Shown: in pieces, positions 39,901 to 50,200 of the stretch
How the letters are laid out: every line of letters begins with the position of its first letter
Numbering within the stretch: position 1 is the first letter of the stretch
Origin: Cetorhinus maximus
Taxonomy: Eukaryota
Length of the DNA stretch: 64,000 bases
Direction of reading: 5' to 3'
Assembly: GCF_964194155.1 (NCBI RefSeq)
Contig: NC_135898.1
Location: forward strand, 3,472,001-3,536,000
Notes under the pieces: generated by a model
What the model was told of the DNA's origin: nothing
Databases searched by the model: none
The model's input: the letters and a program-made list of their open reading frames with translations, nothing else
Translations under genes and position numbers: made by a program

Positions 39901-42900
39901 TTTTGGGGAGTTCTGAGAGCCAATGTATTCACAGCAAAAACACAGGAAACAAAATATATGAACTTGAAGCGGATTTATTAGAAAGAATCAGTGTCCAAAC
40001 TTCTCCCTGTGAATTTAAGGCAGCAAAAACTAGATAATAAAAAGATTCAGAGAGTAATGGTACATCTGGCGAGGGATGTTCAGAGATTGTGATCGCACCT
40101 GGGCCTCTCCATCCAACTGCTGCTTTCTGACAGATCCATTATCATTAATAGCGAACCTCCTCTCCCCAAATAATAAACTCCAAAGCTTCAGTTAAAAACA
40201 GAGCGATAGGAGGGGAGAGAATAAACACAATATTTTGTCTTGTTTGGCAGTGTTTTAAGATAAATGGGCCTCAGCATTATTTTTTACTCCTGATGTGCTA
40301 ATGACATGGTCCATGGTAACCTGCTGTCTTTTACAATAATCCACTTCCCCGTCATGGGTTTGGAGAGGCAGAGACATAGCCTCTGGAGTAGATGGAATCC
40401 CTGCTGAAATTATCAAACATGATACAGGTAGAAGCTCATATCCATCATCTGGGTAAAGGAGTGCACGAAGAAGAGAATCTCAGTGACATTGTGATTGTGA
40501 CTACATTCAAGAAAGAGGGAGACGAGTCCGATTGCACTAACTACAGAGGAGTCCACCTGTCTGCGGCCAAGCAAGATCATTGCAAGCATCCCCTTCAGTT
40601 GCCTCCCTCGAGTGACTGGAGAGCTCCTGCCAGAGTTGCATTGTGGTTTTTGCCTTGCCAGAGGCACCACAGACACAATCTTCACTGTGTGGTGATCCAA
40701 GAAAAATGCAAGGAACAGCACCAACCACTATACTTGGCCTTTTTTGACCTCACGAAAGCCTTTGACTCTGTCAGCTGTGAAGGATTATGGAGGAGCCACC
40801 TGAAATTTGGCAGCTCTCAAATTTGTCACCATCCTCTGTCCACTCCACAATCATGTATAAGCCGTGATCCTCACCAACAGAACCACCCTATGTCAGTGAA
40901 GAATGAGATCAAACAAGACTGTGTCCTTGCATCAACCCTCTTCTCCATCTTACTTTCTGCAAAACTGCACCTCACCTCCAGCAAGTTACCCATAGGTGCA
41001 TAGATATTTTCCAGAACAGACAGGAAACTGTTCAATCTACGCCCACCTTCGCAAGATCCTCCAAATCCAGGGGGGCAAGAAAGGTGGTCCAACGCAGCTT
41101 CCTCTCCCAAGACAACATGGCCAGCATCGAGGTGTTAATCACTCAAAACCAGTTCTGCTGTGTGGGTCATATTGTTCATATGCCAGACACCAGAGTCCCG
41201 AAGCAACTGCTCTACTCAGAACTCAGTTGTGGCAGGACACTCCCAGAAGTAAAGTGGAAACACTTTAGAGATGTCTTCAAAGCATGCTGGATGAGGTCAA
41301 GCATCCCTGATGAATCATGAGAGTCTCTGGCTTGTGACTGACCAAAATGGAGAAGGTTCATTCAGGTAGGTGCCAAACACATTGAGAGACTTTGTTGGGA
41401 ACGTGCAGTGGTGGAGTCGAGGTGTCGGAGAGAGTGCTCAAACCTCCAAACGAATCCCCAACCCAACCCTTGAACCACCACCTACCCAACATCTGCCAGA
41501 GTCTGCAGATCACACATTGGACTCATCAGCCATCTGAGAACCCATCAAACTGGAGTGGATGCAAGTCATCTTCGATCCTAAAGGACTGCCTAAGAAGACG
41601 ACAATAATCCACTTTCTGAACATTGATTTCAATGACTAGAGACAGATAGAGTGGGAGAGTGTTTCTCAGAGCTTGCCTTCATCCCACCTTTCCTTCTGAA
41701 GTTTGCTTCATTATTGACTTGGCTGAAGTCAGGAAAAAACACACACAGCCCAACTCAGAAGCTGGAAGCACCTGTTAAATTCAACAGTAATGAACAAAAA
41801 TAATATCCAAAAATATTTTAGACCAAATGTCTCTCACAGAAATCAGAACATGACCACAGTCCCAAGGCATTAACATCCTTCCTCACCAGAACTCAGCAAT
41901 ATTCCTGACTGTACAGTATAAACAGCATCAGCGTAGAATCTTCATGCATCATACAGCATTCAGCCCATCATAGCTGCTGCCTCTGTGAGAAAACTATCCA
42001 AATTGTCCCATTCACCCGTTCTTTCCTTGTAGCCTACCAATTTTTCCACTTCAAGTATTTATCCAATTCCCTGTCCAAAGTTACTGTCCGTCAGGTATTC
42101 CAGGTCACAATAACTTGCTCCGGTAAAAAAATTCTCATCTCTCTTCTGATTTTTCTGTCAAATACCTTAAATTTGTATCCTCTTGTTTTCAACCATTAGG
42201 AAGTTTCTCCTAACTTAATCTATTAAAACACCTCATGGTGTTGAACACCTCTATTAAATTTCCCTTTAACCTTCTCTATGTGAAGGAAAACAATACCAGC
42301 TTTTCCAGTTTCTTCACCTAACTGAAGTGGACCATTCTGGCAAATGTCCTCTGCATTCTCCCCAAGGTATTGCCATCCTTCAAGTGTGGTGCCCAGAATT
42401 GAACACAGTATTCCAGCTGAGGCCTAACCAGTGTTTGATAAAGCTTTAGTGTAACTTCTGTGCATTTGTATTTGATGCTTGTACTGTATTAACAAAACCA
42501 GTGTTCCTTTATGTCTTACCAACTTCTCAACTTATCCTTCCAACTTCAAATAATCTCTCTTTTCCTGCACCCACTTTAATAATGTTCCATTAAGTTCATA
42601 TTGCCTCTCTTCATTCTTCTTACGCAAGTCACATCACTTCATACTCGTCTCTGCTAAATTGCATTAGCTGCTCATGTCACAAATCTGACTGTGTCCTCCT
42701 CAAATCTGTTACTCTCCTCATGTTCGGCTACATTTGAGTTTTGTGTCATCTGCAAACTTTGAAATTCTGTTTTGTATGCCTCAGTCCAGGTAATTAACAT
42801 ACATTAAAAAAGTAGTCTTCATATTGATTCCTGGGAAACACAACTGTGTATACCTGTTGCCAGTCTGAAAAACACCCCTTCACCACTCTACTGTCAGCTT

Positions 42901-43146
42901 TCTTAGCCATGCTGTAATTGCCTCTTTAATTTTTCTATCAAATCCTTTGTGTGGTACTTTGTTAATCACCTTCTGAAAACCCATATAACAGATCAGCCAC
43001 ACTATACTCATCAAGCCTGTTACTTCATCAAAACACTCAACTGTTACTTTCAAAGCCAAACAAATCAGACAGAATACTGAGAGCTTAAATCTCCAACTTA
43101 CCATGTATTCCACTATCTTGTCATGTAGTATGGAGTCAGAGTCCAT
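19287..43146 (-). CDS. beta-TrCP family F-box/WD40 protein (BTRC/FBXW11-like, probably a distinct paralog), 12 coding exons, 538 aa
   Basis: Exons (-): 43146-43102, 34761-34684, 33901-33670, 31854-31668, 28119-28023, 26820-26683, 26198-26080, 25516-25267, 23906-23788, 22710-22600, 22147-22069, 19448-19287. All are GT-AG, phases are consistent, and the total is a 1617-nt open frame. It encodes the D dimerisation domain, the F-box and 7 WD40 repeats, ending ...RTYTYVSR*. Confidence 0.96.
19640..20060 (-). mobile_element. CR1-type LINE 3' fragment
   Basis: The - strand encodes [20 protein letters not shown] (CR1 ORF2 C-terminus); a continuation lies at ~21670-21810 on the other side of an LTR-like insert. 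Confidence 0.75.
20094..21547 (+). mobile_element. Solo-LTR-like element nested in a CR1 fragment
   Basis: TGTGAGA...GTCATAACA termini; internal TATA-like motif (~21201) and AATAAA (21361); it interrupts a CR1 copy. No direct TSD was seen. Confidence 0.45.
22069..22147 (-). CDS. beta-TrCP-like WD exon
   Basis: [26 protein letters not shown]; 79 nt. Confidence 0.95.
22600..22710 (-). CDS. beta-TrCP-like WD exon
   Basis: [37 protein letters not shown]; 111 nt. Confidence 0.95.
23788..23906 (-). CDS. beta-TrCP-like WD exon
   Basis: [40 protein letters not shown]; 119 nt. Confidence 0.95.
25267..25516 (-). CDS. beta-TrCP-like WD exon
   Basis: [25 protein letters not shown]...[15 protein letters not shown]; 250 nt. 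Confidence 0.95.
26080..26198 (-). CDS. beta-TrCP-like WD exon
   Basis: [40 protein letters not shown]; 119 nt. Confidence 0.95.
26683..26820 (-). CDS. beta-TrCP-like WD1 exon
   Basis: [46 protein letters not shown]; 138 nt. Confidence 0.95.
27535..27950 (+). mobile_element. tRNA-headed SINE (DeuSINE/SacSINE1-like); related copies at ~6720-7090(-), 12110-12400, 23190-23600, 24230-24620, 36310-36560(-), 37000-37260(-), 45520-45790, 62130-62400, 62740-63060
   Basis: A-box-like TGGCTCAGTGG and degenerate B-box, then the shared body ccagagacttga..ctgagggaatgctgc..caatatttatccctca seen in many copies. The family name is inferred. Confidence 0.65.
28023..28119 (-). CDS. beta-TrCP-like linker exon
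   Basis: [32 protein letters not shown]; 97 nt. Confidence 0.93.
28545..29692 (-). mobile_element. Penelope-like retroelement fragment (GIY-YIG endonuclease) with ~285-bp inverted terminal repeats
   Basis: ORF 28776-29285(-) contains [28 protein letters not shown] (GIY-YIG with CxC). 28545-28832 is an inverted copy of 29408-29692. Confidence 0.88.
29637..29672 (+). ncRNA. Minimal type-I hammerhead ribozyme motif (Penelope-associated)
   Basis: gtgtc-CTGATGA-gtgcaagat-GAA-AAGCTT-T-gacat: stem I, conserved core, very short stem II, palindromic stem III, UH site. Confidence 0.7.
31668..31854 (-). CDS. beta-TrCP-like F-box exon
   Basis: [63 protein letters not shown]; 187 nt. Confidence 0.95.
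33050..33620 (+). mobile_element. Degenerate CR1-type LINE 3' fragment
   Basis: ORF2 C-terminal signature (cagctggaacagtgtgtccaattctg...) and a CR1 3' tail. Confidence 0.7.
33670..33901 (-). CDS. beta-TrCP-like D-domain exon
   Basis: [10 protein letters not shown]...[49 protein letters not shown]; 232 nt. Confidence 0.95.
34684..34761 (-). CDS. beta-TrCP-like exon ([26 protein letters not shown])
   Basis: 78 nt; similar to BTRC NSSEREDCNNGEPPRKIIPEKNSLRQ; strong pyrimidine tract with cag acceptor and gtgac donor. Confidence 0.85.
37880..38420 (+). mobile_element. CR1-type LINE 3' fragment
   Basis: ORF 37914-38312 [13 protein letters not shown]...[12 protein letters not shown]...[14 protein letters not shown]. 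Confidence 0.9.
40440..41605 (+). mobile_element. RTE-clade LINE fragment (degenerate RT)
   Basis: [36 protein letters not shown] and [15 protein letters not shown] are RTE/BovB-type motifs; frameshifted. Confidence 0.8.
41930..43040 (-). mobile_element. Old CR1-type LINE fragment
   Basis: The - strand shows [13 protein letters not shown] and KFADD-like remnants and a CR1 tail. Confidence 0.7.
43102..43146 (-). CDS. beta-TrCP-like coding exon 1 ([15 protein letters not shown])
   Basis: 15 aa, similar to FBXW11 MEPDSVIEDKTIELM; donor ATG|GTAAGT. Confidence 0.85.
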
Positions 43147-43849
43147 TATTCACAAGCTCAGAAAGAGCAAGAGAGAGAAAGGTGGCTGTCCTCTTTAATG
43201 TAACTTCCTCTGGAAACAGGAGGAGGAGGAGGCGGCCACCGCCTCTCCTTCATCAACAAAACCTCTTTTCAGTTTCTCCTTTAGCTCCAATGTGTAGGTT
43301 TTAATAAAATGAACAGTGAGAAGCAGACTCTGCTTGTTGGACTGAGCTTGGGGAGTAGCCTCCTGTTCCCCCTCCTCCCTCCCTCTCCTGTCAGTCCTTC
43401 ACCTTCATTGGAATATCCTTAGACCAGCCTCAGTGTTAAACCCCCCCCCTCTCCCTCTCTTCCTCCCTCTCTCTCTCCCTCCCTTTCCCTCCTCTTCCTC
43501 TCTCTCTCTCTCCCTCTGTCTGCTCCTCTCTCCTGGACTGAGAGGCCTTCAGCTTTTCCCTGCTGTCTTTCCCACTCTATCCCCTTTGCTTTCCCCGATG
43601 TGTTTCTTCCTCGCGCCTGTTCTCTCTCTCTCCTTTCCCTGTCTCTCCCTCTTTACCCTGTCCCTGTCCCTCTCTCCCCTGTCTCTCTCTCTGAGGATGA
43701 GGATGATGATGATTTTTCTCTCTCTCTCTCTCTCTCACTTTTCTTTCACCCTCAGCTCACAGACATCCGGGAACCTCCGGAGCACCACGGGAAAAAACAC
43801 ACACACACACACACAAACTCACACAACCCACCTTTTAAACAGCAAAAAA

Positions 43850-44190
43850 ATATATAAAAAAGGAGAAAGAGAGAGAAAAGCGGGAGCCGGAGGCAGGAGG
43901 AGCCCGGACCCAGAGGCTGGGAAATCCCCGCAGCTCAAATGGCAACATCGGAGTCAATGTAACAAAACATTGAGACAGAAAAAGGCAACATTTGACCTTT
44001 GAACCCGCCCGCCCCGCGGCTTCTTTTTTTTTTAAAAAACGCGATCAATTAAAATCCCCGACATCAGGTGAGAGGAATAAGGCGGGAGGGGGTCAGAATG
44101 TGAAATAAATAACCAGGTTCCCGGGTTTTTATTCATGTGAAGGGGGGGGAGCCGCTGACCCTTGACCCGGCAGCAGCAGCAGCAGCAGCA
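43850..44190. promoter_or_regulatory. CpG-rich bidirectional promoter (beta-TrCP-like / PBDC1)
   Basis: Divergent ATGs at 43146(-) and 44190(+); local CpG enrichment; GC boxes (cccgcccgccccgc ~44004-44017, ggcgggaggg ~44081); YY1-like caaatggc at ~43936. Confidence 0.7.
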
Positions 44191-44210
44191 TGGCTGGTCT
44201 GGGATCTCTG
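44190..44210 (+). CDS. PBDC1: PBDC1 coding exon 1 (MAGLGSL)
   Basis: Strong Kozak context agcATGG; donor CTG|GTGAGA; phase 0 matches exon 2. Short, so less certain. Confidence 0.7.
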
Positions 44211-47200
44211 GTGAGAGCAGCAACACTCCCCAAGACCCTCCCCCCCCCTCACCCTCACTCCAAATATCCCCCTCCTCACCCTCAATCCAAATATCCCCCC
44301 TCCTCACCCCCAACCCAAATACCCCCCTCCTCACCCTCAACCCAAATACCCCCCTCCTCACCCTCACTCCAAATATCCCCCCTTCACCCTCAACCCAAAT
44401 ACCCACCCCCTCACCCTCAATCCAAATATCCCCCCTCCTCACCCCCCTCACCCCCAACCCAAATACCCCCCTCCTCACCCTCAATCCAAATATCCCCCCT
44501 TCACCCTCAACCCAAATACCCCCCTCCTCACCCTCAATCCAAATATCCCTCCTCACCCTCAATCCAAATACCCCCCTCACCCTCACTTCAAATACCCACC
44601 CCCTCCTCACGCTCACTCCAAATACCCCCCTCACCCTCACTCCAAATACCCACCCCCTCCTCACCCTCACTCCAAATACCCCCCTCACCCTCAATCCAAA
44701 TACCCACCCCCTCACCCTCAATCCAAATACCCCCCTCACCCTCACTCCAAATACCCCCCTCCTCACCCCCTCACCCTCAACCCAAATACCCCCCTCCTCA
44801 CCCTCACTCCAAATACCCACCTCACCCCCCTTACCCTCACTCCAAATGCCCCCCTCCTCACCCTCAATCCAAATATCCCTCCTCACCCTCAATCCAAATA
44901 CCCCCCTCACCCTCAATCCAAATACCCCCCTCCTCACCCCCTCAACCTCAATCCAAATACCCCCCTCACCCTCAATCCAAATACCCCCCTCCTCACCCCC
45001 TCACCCTCAATCCAAATATCTCTCCTCACCCTCAATCCAAATACCCCCCTCACCCTCAATCCAAATATCCCCCTCACCCTCAAATCCCCCCTCCTCACCC
45101 TCAATCCAAATACCCCCTCACCCTCAATCCAAATACCCCCCTCACCCTCAATCCAAATATCCCCCCTCCTCACCCCCTCACCCTCAATCCAAATACCCCC
45201 CTCACCCTCAATCCAAATACTCCCCCTCACCCCCTCCTCACCCTCAATCCAAATACCCCCCCTCACCTTCAATCCAAATACCCCCCTCACCCTCAATCCA
45301 AATACCCCCTCCTCACCCTCAATCCAAATATCCCCCTCCTCACCCCCTCACCCTCAATCCAAATATCCCCCCCTCACCCTCAATCCAAATACCCCCCTCA
45401 CCCTCAATCCAAATACCACCCCCCCCCCCCCCTCACCTAGACTTTCTCTAATCCTCCGCAGTTCAGTTGGGGGTTTTTTTTTTGGGGGGGGTGGAAGTCC
45501 TGCCTTAGGAAGCTGCCCTCAACGCCTCGGAATCAGATGCCTGCGGGTTCGAGCCCCAAACTCCCGAGACTGGTGCCTGAGCCGATGCTGAGGGAATCTT
45601 TATTTATGCTCCACCGAGGAACGTCCCGCGGTACTTTGTCAATGGCCACATGGCTCACAGTCGATGATCATCCAGCTCATTGTCACATTGCTGCTTTTGG
45701 GAGCCTGCAGTGTGCACACATTGACTTCATCCATTGGAAAGCACTTTGGGACACCTGGTGGTCATGGAAGACACAATGGAAATGTCAAACTTAGTTTATT
45801 TTTTGTAACCCAGATATTGACATGATTTTCAACTCAAAGCTGCTTCATTTAAGTCTCTGAAGTACCCTCATTCCCCAACTGCTGCATTCACGGTGTTGCT
45901 TACTCCCAAATATTGCTTGACTCAAGTGTTTACCTTTACGAAATGTTGTTTTCTGGATGTGGGTGTCGTATCTGTTCCTGCCCTGAGCAAATGCTGGGCT
46001 CCGAGCTTCCACTGCTGTAGCCCATGTTGATGAAGCTCATAAACTAACTTGCGTTTATAAAGTGTCTTTAACATAGCAGAATGACCCAAGGAAGCATCGT
46101 CATAAACATTAATATTGAATCACATAAGGAAATAGCAGGACAGGTGACCTAAAGCTTGGTTAAAGAGGCAGGTTGTATGGAGTGTCTTAAGGAAGGAAAG
46201 TGAGGTACAGAGGCAGAGAGGTTTCAGGAGCAAATTCCAGAGCTTGGGTTCCAGGCACTTGAAGGCGATGATCGTTGTAGAATACAGAACATTGGGGAAT
46301 ACAGAAGGGGCCAGAATTGGAAGAGTGCAGAGATCCTGGAAAATTACAGGGACCGGGAGGGGAGAGGCCATAAGGCATTTGAAAACCAAGCACTGGTGAA
46401 CTTGGAGCCAATGCACAGCAGCAAGCACAGGGGTGATGGGTGAATGGGAGTGGGTGTCAGTTAGCACGCAGCAACAAAGTTTTGGGTGAGCTCGGTTTTA
46501 TGGAGTTCAGAAAATGGGAGGCCACCATGAGAATGCAGGAGAGCGTTGGAATAGTGGCACTCAGAAGTAATGAAGGCATGGATGAGGGTTTCACAGCAGC
46601 AGGTGGGCTGAGATGGGGCAAAGTTGGGTGATGTTACGAAGCTGGAAGAAGGCAGCGGTGCTGATGGATTGAACGTGGGGCCAGAAGGTCAGCTCGCTGT
46701 TTCCCTCAATTCTGTCAGGTAGAGAGTTCCAGAATAATGACCCAGCACAAGGGTGGATTGTTGAGGTATGTCTTAAGTCAAGATGATGTCTGACTCAGAG
46801 AGACACTTTCAGGTAGTGGTATTCCCACAAAATTGCTGCTCTTTCTCAATGCTGTTAAAGTTCGAATATTATTGGTGTTGAACAGTTAATTGAAGAATCT
46901 CGAATTACAAAATATATATAATTCCCAAAACTAACAGAGTTAACGTGACTTCACTGGTAGAAATGCAATGTTTCAGGTGTGATGGTAAACTCAGCCCCGA
47001 GCCGTGTGTTCATGTGGGTGTGAAAAATCCCACAGCACTATTCAAAGAGATTTCTCCTGGTGTCTGAACTCAATAGTTATCTCCCAGCCAATGCCATAGG
47101 AAACCAAATTATATGGTTATTTACCTCATTTTCATTTAGGACCTGCACTTCCTACACCCCAAGTGATTCCACTTCAAAAATATTTCATTGGCTGTCAGGC

Positions 47201-50200
47201 ACTTTGGGACATCCTGAAGTTTTGAAAGGCACTATAGAAATGCAAGTTCATGCAGAGCTGTAAACAGAGATTTGTTGAGTTCATATTGCAACAAAACCCT
47301 TTGTGTGCAGTTGATGAACGGAATGTTTTGTATTATTTTAATTATTTGTGAATCCTGTGATGTTTTACTGCCTCGGAACCCCCTGCTGCAAATGATAAAT
47401 AATCACTTGCAATCATTTGCAAGAAAATGATTTTTTTGTTGTTATTACTTTCAAGCTGGGCTGTGGTTATGGTTAGGGTTACAGCCGGTAACACAGACTG
47501 ATCGCTGGCTCTATTTCTGTCTCCTCTCCTCCCAGAGTGGTGCTGAATTGATTTCAACAGCACAGGCCCTGTCCCTACCAGCAGATGCATATGGAAATGA
47601 TGTGAGTATTTAATTTTGGCGTCTTGCTTTTTTATGTTTAAGAAATATTGTATTACAGTTCCCACCCTGTCACAGTCCCTGTTAATCTTGGCAAATTGTT
47701 CTCTTTCCTGCATTGTTGTCGGCCTGATTCTCAGCCTCCCATTCCTCACTGGAATTCCCTTCCCTTGTCTTTCTCTTCAGCTGCCTCCTCTCATTGCTCA
47801 TTGTCTGCTGCCAAGCACACTACTTCAATCTTTGCTTCTCTCTGTTTATTCATTCCTGGGATGTGGGCATCACTGGCAAGGTCAGGATTTATTGTTCATC
47901 CCTAATTGCCCTTGAGAAGGTGGTGGTGAGCTGCCTCTTGAACCGCTGCAGTCCATGTGGTGGAGGTACACCCACAGTGCTGTTACAAAGAACAAAGAAA
48001 ACTACAGCACAGGAACAGGCCCTTCGGCCCTCCAAGCCTGCGCCGATCATATTGCCTGTCAAACTAAAACATTTTGCACTTCCGGGGTCCGTATCCCTCT
48101 ATTCCAATCCTATTTCTGTATTTGTCAAGCTGCCTCTTAAACACCACTATCGTACCTGCTTCCACCACCTCCTCTGGCAGCGAATTCCAGACACTCACTA
48201 CCCTCTGTGTAAAAAACTTGCCCCGCACATCTCCTCTAAAGTTTTCTCCTCTCACCTTAAATCTATGTCCCCTAGTAACTGACTCTTCCACCCTGGGAAA
48301 AAGCTTCTATCTAAAAGGGAGTTCCAGGATTGTGACCCAGTGACAGTGAAGGAACGGCGAAACAGTTTCAAGACTTGTGTGAGACTTGGGGAACTTGCTC
48401 TAGGTGGTGTTCCTACATCTGCTGCCTTCGTCTCTCTAAGTGGTAGAGGTTGTGGGTTTGGAAGGTGCTGTCGAAGGAGCTTTCATGAGTTGCTGCAGTG
48501 CGTCGTGTAGATGGTACACACTGTGTGCCAGTGGTGGAGGAAGGGAGTGAATGTTTACAAGCAGTGGATGCGATGCCAATCTTTGTCCTGGATGGAGTTG
48601 AGCTTTTTGAGTGCTGTTGAAGCTGCAGTCATCACTGCAAGTGGAGAATTCATCTCCCGCCTTGTGCTATATCAATGGTTTATTGGCTTTGGGGAGTCAG
48701 GAGGTGTGTTACTGCAGTGGTGATCTGCTAACCTACCTGCTAGTGTCTGTTGCATTCATTATTAAAGGTTTTGAATTTCCCGGGTCATCAAGCTAGGCTG
48801 TCACTTCCATTGGGGCAATATTTGTCCTTCAACCAACATCATGAAAACAGGTCATAAAGACTCACTGCTTATGGAAAAGCAGTGACTACATTTAAAAAAT
48901 ACTTACCTTGTCTGTGAAACGCTTTGAGACACTGAGGTTGTGAAAGGATCTGCATAAATATAGGTCTTTATAGGGACCATCAGAATTGCTTAGTTGAAAT
49001 CATACAGTTTATATATGTGTAATGATACCAAATAACCAAAATGTCAAAATTCCCCACCCTGTCATGTCATCGACTTAACTTAAAGACTTGACAGAACAAG
49101 AGTCTCACAGCCAAGCAGAGACACTTTACCCGCTAAAGTTTCCTGTCTACGCAAACTCCATACAGCTGTGATTTTTCCACTCACCTTTCACAAAGTCTTA
49201 ACAGAGATGGAAGGGTTTTGCAATGCAATGGAAAAGATTGGCTTTCTGACACCCAGTGTAACAGTTCTTGATTTTCTTCACAAAAATCTTTTTTTTTCAT
49301 TTGAAGCGATGTAGAAAAAAAGGTCCAATATATCCTCAGGACTTGAATTAAAAACATGGTGAAATATAAACAGTAAATACTGGAAGTAGCAGGTCAGGCA
49401 GCATCGAGTGGAGAGAGAAGTCAAGTTCACATTTCAGCTCGAAGACCTTTCATCTGGTCTGCTGAAAGGCTGTTGAGCTGAAAGGTTAACTGTTTCTCTC
49501 TTTCAACAGATGCTGCTATGTTCCGTACACTCTCTGTTTTTATTTCAGCTTGCCAGCATTTGCAGTATTTTGCATTTGGACACAGAGGAAGGTTTGTTCC
49601 TGTACACCAAACATGAAACAGTTTCTCGCAGGACACTAACAGCAGGCGATCCATCACTTTGAAACCTTGCTGATCTTTGGTCTGTGAGCAAGGCTTTTAA
49701 GCACCAGAACACCCAAGACAGTCAGACAGCAGGTGCCACAGGATGGATAAAAGTGGACAGAAGGTTCTACCCAGGGCTCTGGGAGGAGGATGTAGGGTTC
49801 GAAGTAAAGTAAGACGGCCACCCTTCGAAGTGGGATAGCATTTCGTGTTCATGATTTTGAAAACATTTTCACAGGAAACAAGGTTATACCATTTGAACTC
49901 AGTCAATCTGGTCGTAGCTATTGGTCTATAGGATCATAGAATTGTTATGGCCCAGGAGGCCATTTGGCCCATCGAGTCCACGTCCTCTCTCTAAAAGAGT
50001 AATTGAGCTAATCTTGCTCCCCCTGCCCTTCCCCCTTAGCCCTGCAAATGTTTCCGGGTGCTTATTCACGTCCCTTTTGAAAGCCACGATTGAATCTGTC
50101 TCCACCACCCTCTCAGACACGGCATTCCAGATCCCTCTGCTCCACTGCCCAATTCAGACTCTTATTCTCCTAGGAGCTTGTGCCTTCTCCTCCCTATTCA

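Noticed and set aside
33902-43101. Alternative beta-TrCP exons (CSxPRSLWLGC-type and TYNSCARL-type)
   Set aside because: No convincing match was found by eye, including the ORF at 39231-39494. A tblastn or RNA-seq check is needed before calling them absent.
44032-45451. Pro-rich extensin-like ORFs and their antisense ORFs
   Set aside because: These are translations of the intronic minisatellite; PBDC1 exon 1 splices out at 44210.
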